Part shown: positions 30,806 through 41,636 of the stretch, piece by piece
Numbering within the stretch: the stretch's first letter is position 1
Layout: each line of letters begins with the position of its first letter
DNA from: Tubulanus polymorphus
Taxonomy: Eukaryota; Animalia; Nemertea
Direction of reading: 5' to 3'
Assembly: GCF_964204645.1 (NCBI RefSeq)
Contig: NC_134028.1
Coordinates: 2,542,001-2,606,000, forward strand
DNA length: 64,000 nucleotides
The notes under the pieces: generated by a model
Databases searched by the model: none
The model's input: the letters and a program-made list of their open reading frames with translations, nothing else
What the model was told of the DNA's origin: nothing
Program-made: the position numbers and the translations under genes

Positions 30806-32012
30806 GCAAGTACATTAAAATAAAAATCGTTCTGCCTAAATCAATGAATGATTCGATAGGAAAATTGTGCATATATGTCTTCAAAAATATCCCAAATAGT
30901 ATAATAATGAAAAGAAGTACAGAGAGCAACATGAATCGAATTGGACTAAGTAAGGTAAAATGCCAAAGTATCGATTTGCTTCGATATCCTTCTGAAACTT
31001 TTTCGAAGCATTTTTATTTTCACAAATTGGACTTCTGGGCTACATTACAAGAGAGGTAAAGTATATACACATTCAGAATTGTCGGAGATTGTCTGTGATG
31101 CAGTAAAAGTGAAATAAAAACGCCTTGAATTGCAATGTTCCAAAAACCATGTCAGTCGGTCGCAACCGCGAAACAACTTGTTGACAACCTTTTCTGACTG
31201 TCAAATACACTTCAAACCTGTACCCCCATCGAGTAGACTTCGTTCTATCAACGACCGAGCAGAGGTTTAGGGCTTAGGGTTTCTCGGGGAAATCGGAACT
31301 CCCTGCGAGAATTTTTTAATGTAAGAAATATTGACACTTTACTATTTAGAATTGACAGACAAACGAACAAAGTTATCAGCAATAAAACTCTACAACTAGA
31401 TAAACATAGATATTGATTTCTGTCAAACGATATTGAGAACTCTGAGATACCGGACATGTGCGATAGTTGTTATTTGATACAAACCAAAGTGATAGAGAAA
31501 TGTTTCAAAATCGACAAGCATGTCTAACCAATAATATGAAATAAACACTTTTAAGCGAGCATCATTTATAGATCGTTCACGATTTTCCGATTCGTTTCTC
31601 ATCCACGAACATGATCAATTCATTTATTCACCGATTCTAAATAATATATTCTAAACAACTCGTGACTTATGTTCTCACTACGTGACGATGTACATGTATA
31701 ATTAGATACAAATACTGGATTCACACTCAGTCAAATCGATGTGATGCGTTTGGGAAAATAGATTGAATGAATGCATTCAATCTGTGTGTATTATCACCTG
31801 CTGATGAAAAATATACACGCATTAAATGAACACGTCACGGTGTTATTCCGAACTCTGATCTATTTCGTTTTCCTGCGCGGTAATTTTTATCGTACCTGAA
31901 ACTATTCGATTCATCGGTAATATTTTGCTAATTCGATCGTCGAACTGTTATCATAGGGAAACCGTTATTGCTTTAACGGACGTCACGAAATCCAAACGTT
32001 TGCACTAGAATC

Positions 32013-33499
32013 ATGCGCGTAGCCGCAGTTCTGGTCGTGTTATTTTGGCTGAATATTCCAGGTAAATCTAGTGCTTTTTAGTTTCTTCGTAATTGTTATC
32101 ATACATTTATACACGCTCACAGTTTGAAAAAAAACAATCAATTACAATTCTCCATTCCAAAATTGTATCGTGTGTGCAATAATGTAATCATTTTTTTCTT
32201 GGAGATAGGCCAGCTTATAATCAAACCATCGAGCATTCACTCAGATACCAGTTTTTTCTTTTCTTCATTACATAGAATTTGGTTTCAGAAATTGTTTCTT
32301 TATAATTTTCACTAATTCCTGCTTGCAGATACATCAGGATCGTGTAGTGATTTGAGATCTCGATGTAGTTTCTGGGCCCGGATTAACGAATGTTATGTAA
32401 ACCCGTTATTTATGAATTGTAATTGCCCTGCATCGTGCCAAAGTGCGCACGCTTGCGAAAGTAAGTACAATTTAATAACAACGTGAATGATATTTCATTT
32501 CATAATCGCATTTCGCAAATCTCACCTTTCGTCTGAAATCCCCCTTACTGTATGAATTGATAAAATACCTATATACCTGGCGATGGTTTTTAGAGCGACA
32601 GAAACTGCCGCGTCATATTCCATTTCTGATTTGTTTAACGTATAACAAGTTTAGTGAGTCTCCCTCCATCTACTGTGCATTTTGATATCGCGATTTCTAA
32701 TCTAAACGACGAGTTGTTAATAGTTGCAACATCGAACGAACCCCGACCTAGCGCGTGGTACTTGTCAAAAACGTTCATCTTATCAAAATGTCGTTACTTA
32801 CAGTTACGACAGTTTTTTTGTATATTCATTCGCCCATTAGGACATAAATTGACGATCAATTTGGTCTTGACTCAAATAACACGATATATTTCGAACTGTT
32901 TGCAAATCACCACATCTGACCGTATCAATCGCAACTACGCAACTAAACTAAACCTTGATATTGTATCAAAACTTAAAACAATCAGCTAAGATTTCAGGTG
33001 GTCAAAGAATGGATCTCCTATGCTCGTGCACGCACAAATTACAAAATTCCGGTGGATTCTGCTTGGATACAGAGAACAGAAATGATTGCCCTTCAACATG
33101 CAGCACATACGATTGTAAGCGCTCTGTTATACAGTACACATAAAACGTTGAAAAAATCCTTACACGTTTGAAATCACTTATTTCGTAATATGAACTAGTA
33201 TTTGTTCCTCTAAGAGAAAAGTATTGCATATCGCGAATAGATAACCCACTGATGATATCGAACCAAAATAAAATGCGTTCTTTTTAGCTGTGTCGTGCCC
33301 AGAATCAGAATTACCTTCCGTGAACCACGCCGCATATACCGTCACAGAAAATCGCTACATGAGCAAGGCTGAGTACACCTGTGATACCGGATACCGGCGT
33401 GCCTCCTCAAGCTACATTGCCGTTTGTTCGGAGAAAGGAACCTGGGTTTTCGGGTTTAATTGGTCACCAGCTACCTTGTGTGTATTGGGTAGGTTTTAG
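32013..33499 (+). CDS. Secreted ShK-like/ShK-like/Sushi protein, paralog B; exons 32013-32061, 32329-32460, 32998-33114, 33288-33488/33499
   Basis: Signal peptide MRVAAVLVVLFWLNIP, CSDLRSRCSFWARINECYVNPLFMNCNCPASC, LLCSCTH...FCLDTENRNDCPSTC, Sushi CPESELP...YTCDTGY...CSEKGTW...C. Confidence 0.87.
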
Positions 33500-34508
33500 T
33501 CATTGTCATGCTGTAGAAAAATCTTTTTACGAATTTCTTTTTAGTTTATGAAAATTGTCCGCTTCTACAGATGTTCCTAGGAAAAACCTGGTGAATCACT
33601 TCATCTATTTTGGACTTATATCAGGCCATTGTCCCGAATTGTGTACAGAAAACATTTGCACTGGTTAGATTTTTTTCAATTACTTCAACTGTGCTGTGAA
33701 AGTAAAAGCTGTGGAATCCGGATATGTTTTTTTTCGTAATATCGACATAAAACTAACTATTTGGTGCTGATACAGAAACGCACGTCAGACAAGGTGGGTG
33801 TTTTCTATCAGAAGACTACTTCTAATCTGTAAGTATTCATAGTATTGTAGAAATCGTGGTAAACATTTTCTATCACCGATTAAGTGATCGATGAGATATT
33901 CATACCAATAGTAGAATTGTGCGGAAGCTTTTCAAATGAAGAATTCCCCGGAGTATATCGTTCGGCATCATTTGTGGCCGCCTTTATTCTCTCAAAGCTT
34001 GGAATTGGGGAAGTCTCTGCTGCATACTCACAACAGCTAGAAAATCGACGAGAGCGGTTTCAATCTGAATATAGCAATAGATACAGTAATCTGGATGACA
34101 AAATGATTACCTTCACAATACAATTCACAATACTGTTCATAAAGTTTCGTCGACGGAAATTAATTTCTTTTGCGATAAATATCAAATAGCCTCCAGTTGT
34201 GCAATTTTGTATTTCAGGATTTAAGTTATAACTTATAAAGTTGGTCACAAATAATTTCATCAATTACTTAAACAATGAAACTCGCTGAATGAAGATATCG
34301 TAGTTCATGTTCCATTGGTGATGAGATGGATAAACGTGTGTCATTTTTATAGGCTGAAAAGGACAATACGCACACAGCAAACACAATGAAACCCCTTCAA
34401 GCAAAAACATTTTTCTTACAATATTTTGTATCATCCCTGAAATTATCATCTGCAAATCGTTAGTGCGCTTTACGGACATCGCGAGTTCTAAATGTTTGCT
34501 CCAGAATC

Positions 34509-35599
34509 ATGTACGTATCTATTCTGGTTGGATTATTATGGTTGAAAATTTCGGGTAAGTCCACAACTTCTATAACTAAAATCTTTGGCGGGGAGAGTCC
34601 AGAGGATTACACAAATAACGGAGCTCAAACGGGGAAAACGTATCTAAATATATCACATCTACACATATGGAAATTCGAGTTTTGAATACAAACCGGGAGA
34701 CATAAAGAATTGATTGTGCCTTTTCTCAAACATTATTCTTTTTCGCTAAGTAAAATCTGGAAAATGAAAAAAATGTTTTATATATTTTTCACAAATTGCT
34801 GTTTGCAGATATAACAGGATCTTGTACTGATTCGAAGGCTTCCTGTAAATACTGGGCCCGGGTTAATCAATGTTACATATACCCGCAATTTATGTCCTGT
34901 AATTGCGCTGCGTCGTGCCAAAGTTCGCACGCTTGCGAAAGTAAGTAGGCCTACAGTCTATAATCGTAAGGAAAAGGATATCACTTTATGCCATAAATGA
35001 TTTTACGTCGCAATTTTTATTACCGGTGAAATAACGAATATTGTTTTTTCATTCTACGGTAGACATTTAAACTTAAATCTCGCTAAAAACAACATACGTA
35101 TCAAGCAACACACGTATTTTATGGCAACTTCAAATTACCAGCCGATATTTCAGGTAACCTAACTGACCTTCATTGCGATTGTACACAACGATTAGCAAAC
35201 TATGTGGCATTCTGCAAGACTACAAGAAACAGAATAAGATGCCCTTCAACATGCAATACATACGATTGTAAGCGTTAAAACTTTAAAACTGAAGCTGAGA
35301 CAAAACACGAATTTTTATCACGTTTACAGAGTTTCTCTTTAGCTGTGTCGTGTCCAGAATCAGAATTACCTGCCGTGAACCACGCCGCATATACCGTCAC
35401 AGATAATCGCTACATGAGCAAGGCTGAGTACACCTGTGATACCGGCTACCGGCGTGCTTCTAGTTCCAGCTACATCTCGGTTTGTTCGGAGAAAGGAACC
35501 TGGGTTTTCGGGCCTAATTGGTCACCAGCTACCTTGTGTGTATTGGGTAGGTTGTCAAGTATATTTGTTTGTAAAAAAATCCCGACTTGCATACAATGA
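34509..35599 (+). CDS. Secreted ShK-like/ShK-like/Sushi protein, paralog C; exons 34509-34554, 34809-34940, 35154-35267, 35343-35546/35599
   Basis: Signal peptide MYVSILVGLLWLKIS, CTDSKASCKYWARVNQCYIYPQFMSCNCAASC, HCDCTQR...FCKTTRNRIRCPSTC. The Sushi exon is nearly identical to that of paralog B. Confidence 0.87.
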
Positions 35600-36098
35600 A
35601 TCGGTGACTACTGGCCTGTCGTGCCACTGTAAAATAGAACCCGGGATCGATTAAAATCTTTTATGAATATTAAGCAATGATGAAATCTCCGAAGACTTAA
35701 CGCTCCAGGACAGTGACGATACCGCGTGAGTAATGGAGGGCCTCAAAAGTGGCAGTCAATAAAGGTTCAAAAGATGGTAAGATGGGTTCCGGTTGGTTTG
35801 GCGTCGCAGTATTTACCGTCGAGTCAGAGTCGCCGGGCCGGAGACGCGACCGACTCAAACCGTCGCCGCGCCAAACAAAAACGATAAAATGTAATTTATA
35901 CGCAATTCTAAAAAAGCAAAAAGAAAATTTTCATGATGGTATGCGGTGACAATGGGAAAATAATCAAGATACATGATTCTAGCGCCGGGTGCAAATGGAT
36001 ATGTATCAATAAATCAGCAATTTGAATTTGAATAAAATATATTTGAGTTTAAAGAAAGGGTGGCTCCTACAATTACGTGGTCCTCGACATTCATCAAT

Positions 36099-39000
36099 AT
36101 GGCGGACATGATCGACAAGGAAAACCCTTCTGATTCCGATCAGGAAAAAGCCGATATAAATCCCGAATCTGACGTAACAACTGCGGAGAGTAAAGCTGAT
36201 TCATTCTATGCATTCTATACTTACAGCGTAGCCAGGTAAACATACTCTGATTTGTCGTTAGATTGTTAAAAACAATGGTTATTTCTCGAAAGTAGTTAGT
36301 CTGTCAATACTGCGCACAATTTTATGTATGGCCTAACTCGTTCATGTTGTTTCCGAAACAATACGCACTGGCACACAATACGAAAGGATATCTTTGACTA
36401 CCAGGAGTAGGCCTACTGTGCACCATTGAGTAGGCCTATGCATGGCTATGATGTATTTGGTGGTATTTACAACAGCACTGACTCCTCTAAATAATTCAAT
36501 AACTCTGTGGCGTAAGAAAGTGAAGTTAGTGGAGCCTTACCTGATCTTTATCATTATTGTGTGCAAATGTAGCCACTGATTTTGGATTTTTCAGTAATTT
36601 CTATAATTATTTACAGTAGGGCCTACTTAACTCAAATCAGTTAAGAAGATATGTGAAGTATATTCACCTGTCCCAAATAAACCGAAATATCCTTGAAAAA
36701 CAGGGGCCATGGTTTTAGCCTAAAGAAATTGACTTCAGTCTAAATACCAATGAATCTTAGTTTGGTAGTTATAAATTTTTATAGATCGGGCAGTGAAGAA
36801 GATAATGATTCAACGAGTGACGCGTCCGGCGCAGCCTCGAATGAGAATATCAATTTCACATTGACGGTTATCGCCAGTGATCTGAACGCCGAGAGGGAGA
36901 CCGAACTACGTAAATTAATCGCTCGTAGGATATCACGAGGAAGCGTCTATGGAGGAACTGGCACTATTACAACTCTCGAAGTCGAGTGAGTCATTTAGAT
37001 TCTCTTTATATTAGTATGCTAGGTTTAATTTAACTAAATTCTTTATTAATTCCTTATTGTACGTATTTAGATTTTACTCTTTTAGCCGAAGGAATACTTA
37101 TTTGGTTTTAGTAGAATTATAACCACACTCTGACGTGGATATATCGATAATAAGTTTAAAACCTTCTAGGCTTATACTGAATTTAAATGATTAGAAACTA
37201 ATTTCATCTATCAAAAATTAAAATCAAAAGACACAGTGTTTCGGACTCTCTCTTGAGTCCTTGATTCCTTAAAAACTCCAGCATATGGAAAATGCTTTGA
37301 AACAAAATGCCCTAAACTCCTTAACAGTAATTAGGATATGAACGTGATGCAGAAACTTCCTCGAAATTTTCTTATTTAAAACTCCTTATATCTAGGAATG
37401 ACTGATCTGTGACCCTGTTGTCATTCTGTCTGTTTCAATGTTTTTCTCGAAAGGACTGGTAACGGCGAGGAAGAAACAAAATCTTCAGAGAAATTGTGTT
37501 GTTACTATTCATTGCTGCATCAGGAAGTAAACAATGATGAAACGTTAGTCTATGATTATGTCATCTGTTTCATGACGACTCACGAAGATAGCCTTCAACT
37601 GTATCCTTAAAACATTGATTGCAGCTAAAAAAAATGAATCCAAAATTTAGTCGTCGTTATTCTTTAACGGTGAATTTAATTAGATTTCGTCACGAGTTGG
37701 ACAAATATAGCGCCAGCCTTTCTCCCATTCTTGACAAAAATGTAAGTACGACTAGTTGGTATCATCTTTGCTAGTTGCTTTCCAAATCAATGATATGATT
37801 TATAATTGTTAAATTTTATTGAAATATCTTGTTGCGCAGTTGGACATATTAAATCGAGGAATCATTCCGAAGGTATATTTTGCTTTTAACAGTCATCGGT
37901 ACCTCTGCTGCATGTTTTTTCCCCATCTTAGTCTTGGTTGAAACTCAATTCTAAAGTACACATTTTACTGTAACCTCATTGTATGAAATCATATCCTATC
38001 ATTAACTGTTTATAGATGGTTCTAATTCAAAAGACTATTTAGATAACGGCAGCATGTACCCTGTTTGTATATGCATGGCTGGGCTTGTTCTTGCTTAATG
38101 CTTTCGTTTTCATACTGGTGTTCAATTTAATTTTTGTGGTGCATTTGTCTGTAATTTCTATCGTAAATGCTACTGTTGAAATAGTGATCTTGAAGAACTC
38201 TTTTCAAAACAACAAAAGTTATGATATTTTGCAGAAAATCCTGAGATGTTATTCGGGTATTCTATTATTTGGTGGTTTTATGTTCACTAACAGTAATAAG
38301 TGTTGATTCCTTTTATTTCAGTTCACAAAACTGGAAGAAATTCAAACACATTTGAAATCATGGTACAATCAGTGTATAGCGTATATCAGTAGATGTGTGA
38401 AGACTTTACGCCAGGAAATCAAGTTTCTTATTCACACGGTAAGTGGATAGTCACCTTGATCCAGTATTGCAGAACTGGTTTGAAATCTATCAAGTAAAAA
38501 ATTTGAAAATTAACTTTTGATAATGCTGTCGTACAGCTGTTGAGTTTTAGATGGGTTCTACGCAGCTGTGCGTTTGCTTTGTGTAAATGATAGGTTGCGT
38601 ATTGACAATTTATCTCTTTTATATACAAAATTGATTTCAAATAACAACATTATAAATCAATTTGCATATCGTAAAAATACATTTGAAACTTCAGGCTCTT
38701 ATCAACGGACATCTAGAGATTAAGGGCGGAGATGAAGAAACCCGTTCAGACATTCGCAGGTTCGTTAAATCTAAATACCGTAGATTCTGCTTAACTCTGT
38801 AGTTATTGGTAGTTATTGATCTTGAGATATCTCACCTAGTTGCAAAATCAACTGACCTGAGCCGCTTAAACCAGTTAGATATCTTTGTTTTTTTTTTTTG
38901 TCACAATTTCCAGGTTTTTTGAGTCGTGTAATCTGATGGAATTACTCAGTAAACCCGATGATAAATCCAGTTTGACGACGTCGGATTCTGATTCAATGCT

Positions 39001-40316
39001 CATCAATGTTACTATCGACCTCAATGAGAAACTCGTGCCCACGAAAAAAATTGATGTCGTTACATTGACTTTAGATGAATCAGGAGCTAAATTCTCGTGC
39101 CAAGGTATTTTAATTCATGAAATTAACAATTTGTTTCAAGTGAAAATTACCTGAAATATAGGGCATTGATGTTTGCATACGTGCTGATAAAATGAACTCA
39201 TCAATTCAATATTGCTTTTCATCATCATCCCTGCGATGATGATGAAAAGCAATTGAATTGATTGCCTCTAAATCCTGGCTCTGTCTAGGTTCCTGTCATC
39301 AATTTTTGTTTTCAATTTGAATTTTGAATACAATATTCGTAATAATTCTAGAAAATGAAAAAATGTATGGTTATGAAGGAAAAGTATTTGGTTTACCACT
39401 ACATACGTATAAAGAATTTTTTTTTGGATTTTCAGATTGTACTCCTTTCTGTCAGGATTGGGCCGGGTCGTTGTGCAATGGTAACCAGGAAAATCCATTT
39501 TATCTACGCCAAATCGTCGAAAATTATAAATTGAGAGTAAGTCATATTATCTTGGCTTATTAGGATGGAGCATTTTTCAAACTGGGTTGCTAAAAAACAA
39601 TATTTCTCAATTTATTCAGACTATACAAGACATGAATACTTTAAAGCGTTACCTACGCAAAGCAGAAGGCGATCACTATGCATTATTCAGGTGAGAGATT
39701 TGTTTGTAACCGTCAGTAAATATACCCAACCTCCCTATTAAAAAAAGAATCTACAAATTACCTGAAATAACTAATCAAAAGGACGTAGAAATGAAAAAAC
39801 CCGGTATTGAAAGTTTGCATACTAATCATTGGGTGTTGTTAAGTGGTCGATATTGTTTGTTGTACTTCAACGTTTGGTGTCAGATTCTAAACTTTGAACG
39901 TTGAATATGAACAGATCGAATTCGAGCACTTATAACAAACGTTGGTTCGATCAGTGATTAGATAGTCTAATAGCCTAATTCTACTGTCATTTTCATTCAT
40001 CCAAAAACTCTTAATTCTAGGAAACAAATTCATACTAATCTTCTAAGAATTGATTTCAATTATCTAGAAATAGGAAGAAAAAATTTGTAAAAATACGGTG
40101 GCAGTGATGATTAATGATAATTTTGGGCATGGCGTTCATCGTTTCAGGGCATTCGTGTTTCTCAAGTCGTCTGGTAATGAGGTCGTATTGTTACTGTACG
40201 CAGAGTCCGACGATTACACACTTCAATGCCCGGAAACTATGAATGTGCTGCGAGCGTTAACCGAATATATTGATGAAAATCGACACGCCAACATTGATCC
40301 CATTGCCACCCGATGA
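36099..40316 (+). CDS. C17orf75: Protein Njmu-R1 (C17orf75 homolog); exons 36099-36235, 36785-36985, 37454-37600, 37684-37741, (37840-37872), 38322-38438, 38695-38759, 38914-39103, 39436-39537, 39620-39690, 40148-40316
   Basis: The spliced translation matches remembered Njmu-R1 motifs: ELRKLIARRISRGSVYGG, CYYSL, YVICF...LQLFRHELDKY, FCQDWA...NPFYLRQIVENYKLRTIQDMNTLKRYLRKAEGDHYALFRAFVFLK. Confidence 0.9.
37601..37683 (+). other. U12-type (minor spliceosome) GT-AG intron
   Basis: 5' site GTATCCTT, branch-like TTCTTTAAC at 37660-37668 about 15 nt before the AG, no polypyrimidine tract. Removing it restores the conserved LQL|FRHELD. Confidence 0.88.
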
Positions 40317-40351
40317 TTGTCTTCAATTTAATCCTCGATATTTTCTAAAAT

Positions 40352-40640
40352 CAGTGTTCTCCATGTGCTCGGATTTTCGAGGGGCTGCATTCATTATTCA
40401 GTGTAACTAAACAAGGATGTTGAAAGCTCGGCTTTTTGGTTTGGGGGTCTCCACAAAATCGTAGGCTCTATTGAATGACAATTAAGCCGAATTTTGGGTG
40501 TAATCTACTGCTATAGTCTACCGCATTATCATATAACATTGATATCCACTCATATATACAGGGCAGCAGATTTTTGAACAGGGTGGATGTAAAAATTAAG
40601 AGGGGTGCCCCCCTTTCGAAATCTCTTGCGGAGAACACTG
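40352..40640. mobile_element. MITE between the Njmu-R1 stop codon and the FAD synthase exon
   Basis: 11-bp TIR CAGTGTTCTCC / GGAGAACACTG. The flanks CTAAAAT and CTAGAAC resemble a decayed TSD. Confidence 0.65.
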
Positions 40641-40678
40641 CTAGAACAAGATTGTATTTACCAGCATTTATATTACAG

Positions 40679-41636
40679 TGGAGAGGATACAGTTTACACG
40701 TGTAGACTGACGCTGCTGCGTGAGCAAATAGAATCGGTTCTCGTCGAGGGTCTACGCTTCGTTAACCAGAGATATCGGTACCAGGTTCTCGTACGTTTAC
40801 TGTCCGATGACGACGATAAGATCGAAATTCAGCTCGAATCAAATGATAAAACGAAACTCGACGAAGCACATCGATTTATGCTCGCGCGTTTTCCGTATTA
40901 TTCAATCTTTTCGAGTGGACCCCCGAGCGCCGCCGGTACGCCGAATAACAGCGTTTATAAACTCGCTCACCAGGCGGACGCGAGTTCATTCCATTCGAAA
41001 GTGCGAGAAGCGATCGACGTCATCGAGCGGACCTTGTCTCGTTACGACCCGTCGGAAATCTGCGTCGGATTCAACGGCGGTAAAGATTGTACGGTCGTCG
41101 TACATTTGTTTCACGCGGTGATGAAACATCGTTTCCCCGACTCGGACGACGCGCCGATTAAATCGATGTACATCCGCGGTGAGGATCCGTTCAGCGACGT
41201 CGAAGTGTTCATACGCGACGCCGAAACGCGTTATAACCTGACGCGTATCGACCTGACCGGCCGAATCAAAACGGCGTTGTGCGCTATGAAAAATGAACAC
41301 GCCGAAATCAAAGCCGTCGTCATGGGAACGAGACGAACCGATCCGTATTCGGAAACGCTCGGACATTTCGCGATGACCGACGCCGACTGGCCTCAATACA
41401 TGCGCGTCAATCCGATCATCAACTGGACTTATACCGATTTGTGGACGTTCATTCGACATTTAGAAATTCCGTATTGTCGTCTGTACGATCGAGGCTACAC
41501 GTCGCTCGGTAACGTTCGTAACACTCATCCGAATCCGCTGTTGAAATACGTCGATGATAACGGTGAAATAGCGTTTCATCCGGCGTATCATTTAGAGGAC
41601 TGTATTCTAGAACGACGTGGACGAATTAGTTCCTGA
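40679..41636 (+). CDS. FLAD1: FAD synthase (FMN adenylyltransferase; KH-like plus PAPS-reductase domains) as one terminal exon
   Basis: GFNGGKDC PP-loop, MGTRRTDP, TDADWPQYMRVNPIINWTYTDLWTF, YCRLYDRGYTSLG, ERRGR. Acceptor TATTACAG at 40671-40678. The listed GTG start (40605) lies inside a MITE. Confidence 0.93.

Noticed and set aside
40605-40678. GTG start of the 343-aa FADS ORF
   Set aside because: It lies in MITE and intron sequence upstream of a clear splice acceptor.
40316-40679. Stop-codon readthrough from Njmu-R1 into FADS
   Set aside because: A second in-frame stop (TAA) follows the TGA within five codons, before the MITE; splicing is the plausible link.
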